The notes: generated by a model from the letters alone, not told the origin. Numbered from the stretch's first letter, positions 1 to 10,513 are shown. The stretch is 64,000 nt of DNA from an uncultured Planctomycetota bacterium (GCA_963719315.1 CAVRBU010000002.1:2016001-2080000), one strand, 5' to 3'. Made by a program: numbers and translations.

Positions 1-1204
1 CGACATTGATCGTTCCGTTGTTGGAGAGAATGACGCGGCCGAACCTGCCGATCGCGAGGTATAAATCGTCCTGGGTGGGGTCGGCCGTGCCGAGGGCGCT
101 GTGAACATTTACTAGTGCGCCATCCTGCACGTACAGCGTGCCGTGCCCGGCTTCGCTGTTGTAATCCGCGGTAGCGCCGGTCAGATCGATGCCCAGGGGG
201 CCGCTGTTTAGATGGAATCCGCCGATTTGGAGCGTGCCGCCGACGATCCATTTCGAAGCGGCGCCGTTCACGGTCACGGTGCCGACGCCGCCGCCCTCCG
301 GGATCTCGGCTAGCTGAAAGGGATCGGCGCCGATCGACGCGGCAACGGTGAAATTGCCGGCGAGTGAGCCCAGCACGTCGTTTTGAACGGTGCCGCCGTT
401 CGTGATCGTCATATAACCCACGCCGAGTCGGCCGATGAGCATCAAATGCGGATCGGTGTTGATGGTGCCCGTGTCGAATCCGCCGCTGCCCAGAAAGGAG
501 TCGAACCCATCGACGAGAATGCTACCCGTGGAACTCGTATCGTTGGCGACGACGACGGCATCTTGAATCTCGGCCCGAGCGCCGGCGCTGATTTCGAGCG
601 TGCCGTTGCCGGCGCGACCGACGTAGAGATCGTATCCCACGTCGGGGGGCCGGGGAGTTTGGCTCGAAAAATTAGCGGGCAGACCGGGTGGAATGATGTT
701 CGGGTCGTTATTGTACAGCGAACCGAAGCCGGTGATGCGGACGACGCCGGTGCCGGTGCGCATCACGCCGCCGCGCATTCCCATATCGCCAATGATGAGG
801 TCTTCGTCGCGGAGCGCCGATTCGCCGTCGATGAGCAGCGTGCCAAAGGCCGATTGGCCGACGATGATTTCGGGGATATTCACGTTGGTGTCGTCGGCTG
901 GAATGCCGGTACCGGCATCGATATGTCGGCCCTCGTAAAAAGTCTGATGATCGGGGGCCTCGAACGGATTAACCGAGTTTCCTGAGCCCGGCAAGCCTTC
1001 GTTCACTAAGAGCGTGAACGGATCATCGGCCGGCGTTACGTCGCCCGTAACGAGCACGCTGGCCGACGCCAAGCGCGCCGCGGAAAGGGACGCCAGAAGC
1101 AGCACGGCTTGGATTCGGCGGCGCGGGGCAACGGGGCAACGCGCGAGCGCGCGTTCGCGGCCCAGCAATCGGCGAATGAAGTCGAATATTCGATGAAGAT
1201 GCAT
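1..1204 (-). CDS. Secreted beta-strand repeat protein (T5SS/PEP-CTERM-associated repeat type); runs off the window edge; frameshift near 640-665
   Basis: Manual minus-strand translation from ATG 1204 (RBS AAGAGGGA) gives a signal-like segment (AVLLLASLSAARLASA), then repeats IIVGQSAFGTLLIDG and, in a shifted frame, DLYVGRAGNGTLEISAGARAEIQDAVVV. Absent from the ORF track. Confidence 0.7.
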   Translation of the reverse strand, partial: MHLHRIFDFIRRLLGRERALARCPVAPRRRIQAVLLLASLSAARLASASVLVTGDVTPADDPFTLLVNEGLPGSGNSVNPFEAPDHQTFYEGRHIDAGTGIPADDTNVNIPEIIVGQSAFGTLLIDGESALRDEDLIIGDMGMRGGVMRTGTGVVRITGFGSLYNNDPNIIPPGLPANFSSQTPRPPDVGYDLYVGRAGNGTLEISAGARAEIQDAVVVANDTSSTGSILVDGFDSFLGSGGFDTGTINTDPHLMLIGRLGVGYMTITNGGTVQNDVLGSLAGNFTVAASIGADPFQLAEIPEGGGVGTVTVNGAASKWIVGGTLQIGGFHLNSGPLGIDLTGATADYNSEAGHGTLYVQDGALVNVHSALGTADPTQDDLYLAIGRFGRVILSNNGTINV

Positions 1205-1571
1205 GGACGTCCCTCTTCGCGCCTCAAGTGAGGCGCGTGTACCCCTTGTCGCAGCATGATGCTGGCCAGCACTGCCGCGACACTGTTTGTTGCCTCTGTC
1301 CACTAAACGATGAAAACGCTGACGATGCCATTCGGCACGTCTTGGTATCAATTGCGCAAAAAAGATTCGATCGGCCACCCAGCGGCCGTTCGGATCCATC
1401 TCAGATGTTCCGGCAACCTCCATCTTCACTAAGGTTTACGTAAAAAGCAACCATTTCGTCGGCTGCGAAGGCGGAGGCCAGAACGTCCCGCCGCCAAGTA
1501 GGGGCCTGTGGCAAAAGGGTTTACGGCGACGTGAGAGGCGCGGCCGCGAGAGAGTTGGCCTATTGGCGGGC

Positions 1572-2771
1572 TTAAATTGGCAGGACATCGAGGTCCGTGC
1601 CGGCTTTGAATCGTCGCGGCTCGGCCGGCAGGCGGACCAGGCCGTTTGACCGGGCGAGGGTGGCCAGGTCGGCCGAGCCGTGCCAGGGCAGGATTTCGAC
1701 CGCGAATTCAGAGCCGTTCTCATGGAGCAACGCCGGGAGACAGGCCGCTCGGCCGCCGGCGTGATCGTAAGCGCGGGTCAATTTTGCGCGGACGGCCGAC
1801 AACTGAGAGAACCCGCGACTGGCCAGAGTGGCGATTGCGGGACGCACGAACAGCTCGAAGCAGACGAGGCTGCTTACCGGATTGCCGGGCAGGCCAAACA
1901 CCAGCACATTTCGCGGGCCGCTTTTTTTGACGCCGAACCACAAGGGCTTGCCGGGGCGGAGCGCAACTTTGTGAAACACTTGCTCGACGCCGAGCTCGGC
2001 CAGCACTTGCGGAACGAGGTCGAACTTGCCGGCGGAGACGCCGCCACTGAGGACGAGCACATCGGCCGTGAGTCCTTGGTTAACGCGGCGAATCAAGTCT
2101 TCATGTGTATCGCGAGCGGTGGTGATTTCGATGGCGTGCGTCCCGGCGCGCGTGCCGGCGGCCACAAGCATGGGGCCATTGCTGTTGCGAATCTGGCCGT
2201 CGCCCGGTTTTTCACCGACTGCGACTAACTCATTGCCCGTTGGTAGAATTGCGAGTTGCGGCCGCGGCGTCACAAAGACAGCGTCGTGTCCCGTTTCGGC
2301 CAGGATGGCGATTTCAATCGGCCGGACGACGGCGCCGTTTCGCAAAACGATATCGCCCGCGCGCATCGATGTGCCGAGGGGCAGCACGTTGTGGCCGCGC
2401 GGCGGATCGACTTGCTGCAAGCGGACCGTCGTGCTGTCGACAAGCTCTGTTTGTTCGACGGGCACGATGGCATCGGCGCCCTCGGGCATCGGCGCACCCG
2501 TCATGATCCGCGAGGCGGCGCCGGGCGTGAGCGCGAGACGAGGCACGGCGCCGGCGGCGATTTCTTCCAGAATCCGCCGCTGCGGCTCACGATCGAGGCT
2601 CCGAACGGCGTAGCCATCCATCATGGCCTTGTCGTAAGGGGGCGAATCGATGTCGCTGGCGATGTCTTCGGCGAGCACCAGCCCCGCGGCTTCGCCCAGC
2701 GGAACACGCCGCGGCGCAAGCGGCGAGCAGTGTTTCTCTACAAGGTCGAGTGCTTCTTCGACAGACAACAT
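1572..2771 (-). CDS. moeA: Molybdopterin molybdotransferase MoeA
   Basis: Motifs PPYDKAMMDGYA, IMTGAPMPEGADA, SGGVSAGKFD, RPGKP, GLPGNPVS; start MLSVEEAL. Confidence 0.95.
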   Translation of the reverse strand: MLSVEEALDLVEKHCSPLAPRRVPLGEAAGLVLAEDIASDIDSPPYDKAMMDGYAVRSLDREPQRRILEEIAAGAVPRLALTPGAASRIMTGAPMPEGADAIVPVEQTELVDSTTVRLQQVDPPRGHNVLPLGTSMRAGDIVLRNGAVVRPIEIAILAETGHDAVFVTPRPQLAILPTGNELVAVGEKPGDGQIRNSNGPMLVAAGTRAGTHAIEITTARDTHEDLIRRVNQGLTADVLVLSGGVSAGKFDLVPQVLAELGVEQVFHKVALRPGKPLWFGVKKSGPRNVLVFGLPGNPVSSLVCFELFVRPAIATLASRGFSQLSAVRAKLTRAYDHAGGRAACLPALLHENGSEFAVEILPWHGSADLATLARSNGLVRLPAEPRRFKAGTDLDVLPI

Positions 2772-2930
2772 ACGATTAACCGCAAATGACTCGAGGTACA
2801 CGAAGAAGAAAGAAGAATGAGGTTATTCCTTTAACCGCTCATGATCGCTATTCATTCGCTCATGGAAAAATGACTTCGTCAAAGGGCTGGTGCTTTGCGT
2901 CATTTGGGGTGAAATAAAAGCTTCATGCCG

Positions 2931-3503
2931 CTAGGAACGCGCGAAGATATTGTAGCCGGAGTGGGTGAGGAAGCTCTCTGGATGGAACTGCACGCCGAAG
3001 AGTGGGGATTCGCGGTGGGCGATGCCCATGATCTCGCGGTAGCCGCCAGGTTCCTCGGCCCAGGCAGTGACTTTGAATTCCGCGGGGAGCGTGTCGGGTT
3101 GAATCACCAGGCTGTGATAACGCGTAGCTTGGAACGGATTGTCGAGACCGGCGAACAGCCGCTGGCCATCGTGGTGGATCATGTCGGTCTTACCGTGCAT
3201 GAGATGCTTGGCGCGGACGATCTTGGCGCCGAAGGCCTGGCCCATCGATTGATGGCCGAGGCAGACGCCCAGCAGCGGCAGGCGGCCCTTCAAGCGTTGG
3301 CAACATTCGACCGAAATGCCGGCTTCAGTCGGTGTGCACGGACCGGGGGAGATGATGACGCGATCCGGCTTGCGGTCGAGGATTTCATCGACCGTGATTT
3401 GATCGTTGCGGTGGACTTGGATGTTGAGCGACGAGTCGATCTCGCCCAACCTCTGGACGAGGTTGTAAGTGAAGGAGTCGTAATTATCGATGAGGAGGAT
3501 CAC
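2931..3503 (-). CDS. trpG: Anthranilate/aminodeoxychorismate synthase component II (glutamine amidotransferase)
   Basis: LIDNYDSFTYNL, ISPGPC, LGVCLGHQ, RYHSL, GVQFHPES; GTG start at 3503; last codons may be frameshifted (alternative LRAFLAA* ends at 2923). Confidence 0.93.
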   Translation of the reverse strand: MILLIDNYDSFTYNLVQRLGEIDSSLNIQVHRNDQITVDEILDRKPDRVIISPGPCTPTEAGISVECCQRLKGRLPLLGVCLGHQSMGQAFGAKIVRAKHLMHGKTDMIHHDGQRLFAGLDNPFQATRYHSLVIQPDTLPAEFKVTAWAEEPGGYREIMGIAHRESPLFGVQFHPESFLTHSGYNIFARS

Positions 3504-3616
3504 GGAGGAGGATACGGGATGCAAGGGACAGGGGCAGGGGAACTGTCGGTAAGTTTAGTCGAGTGATTGATGGCGGGCCAGAACGGGTGTTGAAGGTGGT
3601 GGGTCGATGCGGTCCA

Positions 3617-4840
3617 ATGGCGGCCATGAAAGCGAAACGAAAATCAAATAGCAGAGCGACACCGGCTGTGAACGATGCCGAAGCGCTCAAAATGGTCATG
3701 GAGATGATGGCTATTCCTGGCCGCAGTGGCGAGGAGGCGGCCATTATGGGTTTCATTCGGCGAAAGTTGAAGAATGCGGGAGTCGCGGCGAGCGCGCTGG
3801 CGGTGGATGACGCCCATCTTCGCGTGCCGCTTAAGGGGCAGGTCGGGAATCTGGTGCTGAAACTGCCGGGCACGGTGCGCGGGCCGCGACGAATGTTGTG
3901 TGCACACGTAGACACGGTGCCTATCTGCGTGGGTTCGCGCCCCGTAAAAAAAGGAAAGTATGTAGTCAGTGCGAACAAGAAGACGGGGCTGGGGGCCGAT
4001 GACCGCGCGGGGGCGGCGGTCGTGATGGCGACGGCCCTTGATATTCTCCGAGGCAAACTGCCGCATCCGCCGTTGACGTTCTTGTGGACGATTGAGGAAG
4101 AAGTCGGCCTGTACGGCGCTCGATTCGTGCGGCTGGCAAAGCTCGGCAAGCCGACGCTGGCCTTCAATTTCGATGGCGGCTCGCCGACCGTGCTCAAGGT
4201 CGGCGCGACGGGCGGGTATCGGATGACGATCGAAATCGAAGGCTTGGCGAGTCACGCTGGCAATCGGCCTGAGGAAGGCGTGAGCGCGATCGCGATTGCT
4301 TCGCTCGCTATCGCCGACCTGGTGCAAAATGGCTGGCATGGTTTGATCGAGCAGGATGGCTGCGCCGGCACGAGCAATGTCGGCGTGATACAGGGCGGCG
4401 ATGCGACGAACGTGGTGACCGATCATGTGCGGATTCGCGCGGAGGCCCGCAGTCACGATCCGAAATTCCGCGAGCGAATCGTGAAAGAGATCGAGTCCGC
4501 CTTCAAGCGGGCGGCGGCCGCGGTGCGGAACTCGGCCGGCAAATGCGGCAGCATGACATTCGATGGCAAGCTCGACTACGAGTCGTTTCGGCTCGCGCCG
4601 AATGAGCCTTGCGTCATCGCGGCAACGACGGCGATTGAGGCGGAAGGTATGAAGGCGGAGTTGGCTGTGACGAACGGTGGCCTCGACGCCAATTGGCTCA
4701 CGGCCCACGGAATTCCGACCGTGACGCTCGGCTGTGGCCAGCGGAATATCCACACAGCGGCCGAAGAACTCGACATCGCGGAGTTTCAACAGGCCCGGCG
4801 GATCGCACTTCGGCTAGCCACGGCGGCCGTTTCTCAGTAG
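3617..4840 (+). CDS. M20/M25/M40 family metallopeptidase (peptidase T-like)
   Basis: AHVDTV, LGADDRAG, EEEVGLYGA, SHAG, GGLDANW and NIHT zinc-binding motifs. Confidence 0.88.
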   Translation: MAAMKAKRKSNSRATPAVNDAEALKMVMEMMAIPGRSGEEAAIMGFIRRKLKNAGVAASALAVDDAHLRVPLKGQVGNLVLKLPGTVRGPRRMLCAHVDTVPICVGSRPVKKGKYVVSANKKTGLGADDRAGAAVVMATALDILRGKLPHPPLTFLWTIEEEVGLYGARFVRLAKLGKPTLAFNFDGGSPTVLKVGATGGYRMTIEIEGLASHAGNRPEEGVSAIAIASLAIADLVQNGWHGLIEQDGCAGTSNVGVIQGGDATNVVTDHVRIRAEARSHDPKFRERIVKEIESAFKRAAAAVRNSAGKCGSMTFDGKLDYESFRLAPNEPCVIAATTAIEAEGMKAELAVTNGGLDANWLTAHGIPTVTLGCGQRNIHTAAEELDIAEFQQARRIALRLATAAVSQ

Positions 4841-4977
4841 GGTAAGTGGTTCTACCTACGCCGCCAAAACTGGGCGAATTGCCGGGGAATGGGGTTCTGC
4901 TGGGCAGTGAATTCGGCGTCGCCGCCGACGCTGTGGGGTGCCTGTCCCTTGTTTCCTGATTTCCGTATCCTTCCTCC

Positions 4978-6795
4978 ATGATCGACCCTAAGTTCATTCG
5001 CAATTTCTCGATCGTCGCGCATATCGACCACGGCAAAAGCACGTTGGCCGATCGGCTGTTGGAGATCACGGGCACGGTGAGCCGGCGCGAGATGAAGGAG
5101 CAACTGCTCGACGCCATGGCCCTGGAGCGCGAGCGAGGCATCACGATCAAAGCGCACCCGGTCTCGATGAAGTACACGAAGAACGGGCAGGAGTATGAGC
5201 TGAATCTCATCGACACGCCAGGGCACGTGGATTTTCATTACGAGGTTTCTCGTGCGCTCGTGTGTTGCGAAGGGGCCGTGCTGCTGGTCGATGCGTTTCA
5301 AGGGGTCGAAGCGCAGACAGTAGCCAATGCCTACGCGGCGATGCAGCACGAATTGGTGATTATCCCCGTGATCAACAAGATCGATCTAACGCACGCGCGA
5401 GTGGATGAAGTCAAGGAAGAGATCGAGCATACGCTGGCGATCGACTCTGATGAGGTGGTCGGTTGCAGCGCGAAGACCGGCCTGAATTGCGAAGCGGTGT
5501 TGGAAGCCGTGCTCCAGCGCGTGCCGCCGCCGAAGGGTGATCCCAAAGCGGTGTTGCAGGCGATGGTGTTCGACTCGGTGTATGACGAGTATCGCGGGGC
5601 CGTCACGTATGTGCGAATCATGAACGGCACCGTGCGCAAGGGATCGCGGATCAAATTTTTGCAAGCGAACACGACCCACGAAGTGATCGAGATTGGCCAA
5701 TTCACTCCGCAGCGCGTCAGCCGTGACGAGCTAAGCGCCGGCCAGGTGGGCTACCTGATTTGCAACATCAAGTCGCTGGGCAATGTGCATATCGGCGATA
5801 CGATTACAGTGGCCGACGGCGAACCGGCGACCGCCTTAGCCGGGTATCATGAGCCCAAGCGGATGGTGTTTTGCGGACTTTATCCGTCGGATGGGCAGGA
5901 TTTTGAGCAATTGCGCGAAGCGCTCGATAAGCTGTCGATCAACGATCCGAGTTTCGAGTTCGAGCCGGAATCGAGCGATGCGCTAGGGTTCGGCTTCCGC
6001 TGCGGCTTCTTGGGTCTGTTGCACATGGAGATCGTGCAGCAACGATTGGAACAAGACTCGGATATCGACCTGGTGCAAACGGCGCCGAACGTGACCTACG
6101 AAATCACGAATGTTCGAGGCGAGGTCCTGGAAATTCATACGCCGCAGAAGGTGCCCGATCAAGGCGAGATCGAAGAGTTCCGCCAGCCAATCGTCCGCGT
6201 GAACTTCGTGCTGCCGACGGAATACATCGGACCGATCATGAAGCTCTGCACCGACCGGCGGGGCGAATATGTGCGCACCGAGTATCTCTCGCCCACGCGG
6301 GCGATGCTCACGTACGACCTGGCCCTGGCGGACGTGGTCTATGACATGCACGATAAGCTCAAGAGCGCCACGCGCGGTTACGGCACGATGGATTACGAGT
6401 TGCTGGGCTACCGGCCGGGCGAATTGGTGCGGCTCGATATTTTGGTGAAGGGGGAACGGGTCGACGCGCTGTCGATCATCTGTGACAAACGCGATGCGGA
6501 CGTGCGTGGCCGGGCCGTCATCAAGAAGCTCAAACAGGAAATCCCGCGGCACATGTTCGAGGTGCCGCTGCAGGCGGCGATCGGCACGCGGATCATCGCC
6601 CGCGAAACGATCAGTGCGATGCGAAAGAACGTGACGGCCAAGTGCTATGGCGGCGATATCAGCCGCAAACGCAAGCTCTGGGAGAAGCAGAAAGAAGGCA
6701 AGAAGCGGATGAAGTCGATCGGCCAGGTCGATATTCCGCAAAAGGCGTTCTTGGCCGTGCTGGAAACGGGCGAAGAAGAAGGCAAGAAGAAGTAA
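4978..6795 (+). CDS. lepA: Translation elongation factor 4 (LepA)
   Basis: IRNFSIVAHIDHGKSTLADR, DTPGHVDF, GFRCGFLGLLH, KCYGGDISRKRKL. Confidence 0.98.
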   Translation: MIDPKFIRNFSIVAHIDHGKSTLADRLLEITGTVSRREMKEQLLDAMALERERGITIKAHPVSMKYTKNGQEYELNLIDTPGHVDFHYEVSRALVCCEGAVLLVDAFQGVEAQTVANAYAAMQHELVIIPVINKIDLTHARVDEVKEEIEHTLAIDSDEVVGCSAKTGLNCEAVLEAVLQRVPPPKGDPKAVLQAMVFDSVYDEYRGAVTYVRIMNGTVRKGSRIKFLQANTTHEVIEIGQFTPQRVSRDELSAGQVGYLICNIKSLGNVHIGDTITVADGEPATALAGYHEPKRMVFCGLYPSDGQDFEQLREALDKLSINDPSFEFEPESSDALGFGFRCGFLGLLHMEIVQQRLEQDSDIDLVQTAPNVTYEITNVRGEVLEIHTPQKVPDQGEIEEFRQPIVRVNFVLPTEYIGPIMKLCTDRRGEYVRTEYLSPTRAMLTYDLALADVVYDMHDKLKSATRGYGTMDYELLGYRPGELVRLDILVKGERVDALSIICDKRDADVRGRAVIKKLKQEIPRHMFEVPLQAAIGTRIIARETISAMRKNVTAKCYGGDISRKRKLWEKQKEGKKRMKSIGQVDIPQKAFLAVLETGEEEGKKK

Positions 6796-6840
6796 CGCTC
6801 AGCGTGCGCGAGAGCCATCTCACCACGTTAGTGGATGCCA

Positions 6841-6949
6841 AAATAAAAACCAAGCGGCGGGCGAAGCTCCCCGACGTCGACCAAGTTGGCGGTCACACGT
6901 CGGCTCGCCGCAATCCTGAAGAGTGCGGAGTTTGGAGATTCGCCCGCCG
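6841..6949. other. Intergenic branched stem-loop between convergent genes; A-rich flank gives a U-tract on the minus strand (possible terminator or ncRNA)
   Basis: 6855-6870 pairs with 6934-6949 (15/16), enclosing hairpins 6871-6903 and 6904-6930. Confidence 0.45.
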
Positions 6950-7145
6950 GTCCGGTTGTCGGCCAGCCGCTTCTTCCATCCAGGTCCGCGGACGCATGAT
7001 TGCCGGCAGATAATGCCTGCGAATCCACGTCGGCCGAGCAGGGATGGCTGTTGACAGTTGGCCAGGAATAAGTAGTTGTCGTTCGTCGAAGTTCAATGAG
7101 TAAGCGGATGCGCTCGTAGCGAGCGCGTCCGCCGTTGTTATCGGA

Positions 7146-7499
7146 TTACCGCAAAAACGTGGAATAACTGGTCTGGTAAACGATGTGGGGCTGGCCATAG
7201 CAGTCGTACACCGTTACCGGGTAGCTGATTGGTTTCAGGCATGGATAACTTGAATAGGTCGGATAGCACGACGAGTAACTTGTTGGATAGCACGAGGAGT
7301 AGTACGACGGGAAGCGGCTCGTCGTTCTGCAATAGTTAAAATTGTTGTGCTGGGGAAAGCAGAATGAAGAGCTTTTGATGTTGCAATGGTTGCTGTTGCC
7401 AGATCCGCCGGCTTGAGCAGGCGTGGCAGTCTCGCCGATAGCAAGGACGGCAACCGAACCAATCACAACCAAAGACCGGATTATGCGAAGGGCGTTCAT
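7146..7499 (-). CDS. Small secreted Ser/Tyr/Cys-rich protein
   Basis: Signal peptide ending TPAQA; repeats YSSCYPT; YPVTVYDCYG; RBS AAGAGAAA. Confidence 0.65.
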   Translation of the reverse strand: MNALRIIRSLVVIGSVAVLAIGETATPAQAGGSGNSNHCNIKSSSFCFPQHNNFNYCRTTSRFPSYYSSCYPTSYSSCYPTYSSYPCLKPISYPVTVYDCYGQPHIVYQTSYSTFLR

Positions 7500-7691
7500 C
7501 GTATTTTCTCTTTTGAAGTGGCGAACAGAAAAACCGGGTCACGCGACCCGTTCGCCATCTCTTACGGAGAAAAAACGAAGTGTTACAGCGCACAAACGGA
7601 TAGCTGAATTCTTGCGATTTCAGCTACTTTAGGCCCGATTGGGGCTCGAATTTCACGAAACCAGCCACCCTTGCCATTGGTGCCTACCTGC

Positions 7692-7910
7692 TCACCACTG
7701 CGGCGGCGGCGTGTAAGGCGCGACGGGCACCGGCGTGCCATAGTTGACCGGGGCCGTGGCGCAGGGGTTGCAAGTCGGTTGACAGGGCGGCGGGCAGGCA
7801 GGCGCGGGATAGGCGACTACGGCCGGGCGGCGAAGCCAATTGCAGCAGCAACAACCAGCACTGCTGCAGGCGACAGCAAGAATCGCTGTCAGCAGCGTCA
7901 TCCTCTTCAT
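7692..7910 (-). CDS. Small Cys/Pro-rich putative lipoprotein
   Basis: MKR-hydrophobic-SSAG|CCCC lipobox-like start; strong RBS AAGGAG; N-terminus resembles 43451-44143. Confidence 0.72.
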   Translation of the reverse strand: MKRMTLLTAILAVACSSAGCCCCNWLRRPAVVAYPAPACPPPCQPTCNPCATAPVNYGTPVPVAPYTPPPQW

Positions 7911-8229
7911 TGCTTGTGTCTCCTTACGAGGAAAGCGAATCCATTGAGACCTTTACGGCGAGCTCCGCACGGTGGTTCAGTGCTGGCAATGAGCCCACGC
8001 GATGGCAAAAAATTCGCCACTCAACCCTACCCGCTGCGGTGTGATGTGCAAACGCAACCGTGGTGAAAACGCAACAAATGTTGCTGCGCGATGATGCGCA
8101 TGACGACTGTGCGGGTTGTACGGGCGCCAGCATGAATGCCGGACCAAAAGTAGGTCCCACTTGCCGAGCGGGATCCGAACTCGCTTTTCAATCTTACGAA
8201 TTCGTTCAGGTCCCTTCCGGCTAAGGGAC

Positions 8230-10107
8230 CTACCAAGACTTCGTAAGCAACGCCGAACGCTGAGGCAGGGTCGCGAATGGTAGTCTGCGGGAGCGACCTA
8301 GAACGCAGAGAATTGCCGCTCCAAATACACCAAGCACAAACGCGGACGGCTCCGGCACGCTAGTGGACCAGGCCAGGCCGTATTTGGTGAAGTTCGCGTC
8401 GCCCACGAAATCGAACAGCTCTTCGGTCCAACGGACGCGGAGCATGTATTGACCAGTCGCGGGAATCGCGAAACTAAAGTGCTCCGTATTGTTGTAACGG
8501 CTGTCGGAGGCAGATATCAGGTTCAATGCCTCGCCGCCGAGCGTATTCCACAACTCCAAATCAAGATTGTCGAAACTCGCCTCGGTGAAACTCGTCGTGC
8601 CGCTGGGCAGCCGGTCGCGAAACCAGGTGAGCGTGGCCGTGAACAACTCGCCGGTCTTGAGTGGATTCGTGATCAGATAATCGTTCGTGAGGCCTTCGCC
8701 CACTTGTCCGAAATCCCAACCAATCGAGTTGACGTTGCCCATCGACCCTTGCGATGTGCCGAGCACGTCCGTCGTGCCGCTCAGAAGTTGATCGAAGGCG
8801 CGGTTGAGGTCCATGCGGCCGGCGCCGACGAGATTGTCAAGGCCACGCGTCGTGAGGACGCCGCCCAAGCCGTTAGGATTCGCGGTCTGACCGTTGTCCC
8901 AGCCCTGCGTTTTGTCGGCCGAGTTCATCAGCACGGCCTTCATCACGCGCGAGTCGCGGGCATCGGGCGTGGCGCCGAGCTGGGCGTAGGCGGCATCGTA
9001 CAGAAGTGCGGCGCCGCCGGCGACTGTGGGCGCGGCGAAGCTCGTGCCGTTGATGTTGCGGGAGTAATAGTTCGGCCCACCCGGCGGATCGCTCGAGCCG
9101 GATGGGTTGCCGCCGGTTTGGCCGCCATAATAGGCGGAGGAAAAGTTTTCGCCGGGGGCCGCGATATCGACGACCTGCCGCACGGCGGTGACGCGGCCGT
9201 TTACTGGGTCGTAATAATCGTTCGGGCCGCCGTTGGTGAAGTAACTGGGCAAGTCAAAGGCGCCGCCGTTGGGGCCGAGGGCGGCAACGGTCATGTTGTT
9301 GTATGCGCTGGCGGCGTTGGGAATGCGATTCGGGCCTACGCCGGAGGGCACCGTATTGCCGGCCGCCCAAGTGAGCAGCGTTCGCGGATTGGTGCTGATC
9401 AGGGCATCGAGCGTGCCGCTCAAGTTGTCGATTCCGGCCAGTTCGTACGAGCCAGCGCCGCCGACCCAACTCGAGTTGATGACATCGGCTGGCCGCATGC
9501 CAGCGCCAGCGGGGACGCCCGTCATGAACGCGGCGCGATAGGGGCCGAAGGTTGAGATGCCATTGAAGTCCAGAAAGAACGAGGTCGTGAACGAGCCGTC
9601 GTTGGGCCAGCTCGTCGCGATAGCACCCGAATCGAGTTGGGCGCCCGGGGCCAGTCCTTGTTGGTATTCGCCCGGGGCGACGCCACTGAGGCGGCCGCCC
9701 ATGATCATTCCGACCCAGGTCGCGTGGCGATCGACTTGCCCCGCGGCGCCGCTGGTTGGAATGTTAGCGACTTGAGTGAGTGATTCGTGCCCGTTCCAAA
9801 TATAGCCGGCTTCGATGTTGGCCATCACGGCGTTCGCGCCGGTGTAGCCCGCGTTGTAAAAGCGGTCTGCGCCTAACAGCGTGTTGAGATTGTAAGTGCC
9901 GGTGAAGAAACCAGGCTGAGGCGAGGGAAGAGGGTTCTGCAGATACAGGTCGGAATGGGCCTGGTCTGGGCCGGCGGACTGAGCAACGGCTGGTCCGCAG
10001 ATGGCGACAAGAGTTGCCATGCAAACCAGGATCGTAACAGCGATTGGCCACGGCGCGAGCGCATGCCAAGCGCTGCGTGTGGAGACGCACCAGGTTGTCC
10101 GATTCAT
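8230..10107 (-). CDS. Subtilisin-like S8 serine peptidase with C-terminal PEP-CTERM sorting signal
   Basis: HATWVG (His), AAGN (oxyanion Asn), DIAAPG, GTSFAAPTVAG (Ser); VPEPSAFVLGVFGAAILCVLGRSRR. Confidence 0.9.
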   Translation of the reverse strand: MNRTTWCVSTRSAWHALAPWPIAVTILVCMATLVAICGPAVAQSAGPDQAHSDLYLQNPLPSPQPGFFTGTYNLNTLLGADRFYNAGYTGANAVMANIEAGYIWNGHESLTQVANIPTSGAAGQVDRHATWVGMIMGGRLSGVAPGEYQQGLAPGAQLDSGAIATSWPNDGSFTTSFFLDFNGISTFGPYRAAFMTGVPAGAGMRPADVINSSWVGGAGSYELAGIDNLSGTLDALISTNPRTLLTWAAGNTVPSGVGPNRIPNAASAYNNMTVAALGPNGGAFDLPSYFTNGGPNDYYDPVNGRVTAVRQVVDIAAPGENFSSAYYGGQTGGNPSGSSDPPGGPNYYSRNINGTSFAAPTVAGGAALLYDAAYAQLGATPDARDSRVMKAVLMNSADKTQGWDNGQTANPNGLGGVLTTRGLDNLVGAGRMDLNRAFDQLLSGTTDVLGTSQGSMGNVNSIGWDFGQVGEGLTNDYLITNPLKTGELFTATLTWFRDRLPSGTTSFTEASFDNLDLELWNTLGGEALNLISASDSRYNNTEHFSFAIPATGQYMLRVRWTEELFDFVGDANFTKYGLAWSTSVPEPSAFVLGVFGAAILCVLGRSRRLPFATLPQRSALLTKSW

Positions 10108-10385
10108 TAGCGACGCTCGATGAGCTGGAAATCGGCGCGGGCCGTGCGCGAAGAGTTCTGTTCCGTAGCCGGCCGCCGGACCGGCGCGAATTGCGGCCGC
10201 CGCAAATCGCAATTTCTATTCTAACTGGAAATTCTTCGGGCTCAATGAAATTGACTGGGAATGGAGGGCTAGGAGGCCGTTCGCTCATGCGATTGCCGCG
10301 AAAAGGCACGAAAAGGCTCAAAAAAGCAGGTGGGCGGGCGTTGTGGTTTCACAACGAGGTGGTTTTGTGCCTTATTTGGCTGCCC

Positions 10386-10493
10386 GTTCGGCGCGGGTCT
10401 CCCGACCCCGCCGATAGCGTGACCGTAGGTCTCCAAGGCGGAAGGGAGACCTGCGGTCGTTCGCGGTGCGGGGTCGGGAGACCCGCGCACAAC
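10386..10493. repeat. REP-like nested palindrome
   Basis: GCGCGGGTCTCCCGACCCCGC / GCGGGGTCGGGAGACCCGCGC enclosing GACCGTAGGTCTCC / GGAGACCTGCGGTC. Confidence 0.8.
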
Positions 10494-10513
10494 GGGTCAG
10501 GCTATAGCTTGAC

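Noticed and set aside
383..985. 200-aa plus-strand ORF at the window start
   Set aside because: Antisense to the frameshifted minus-strand repeat protein, which has the credible signal peptide and motifs.
1253..8020. Sigma-54-like GG-N10-GC motifs at ~1253-1269 and ~8004-8019 (minus strand)
   Set aside because: Spacing fits, but the match to TGGCAC-N5-TTGC is partial and such motifs are common in GC-rich DNA.
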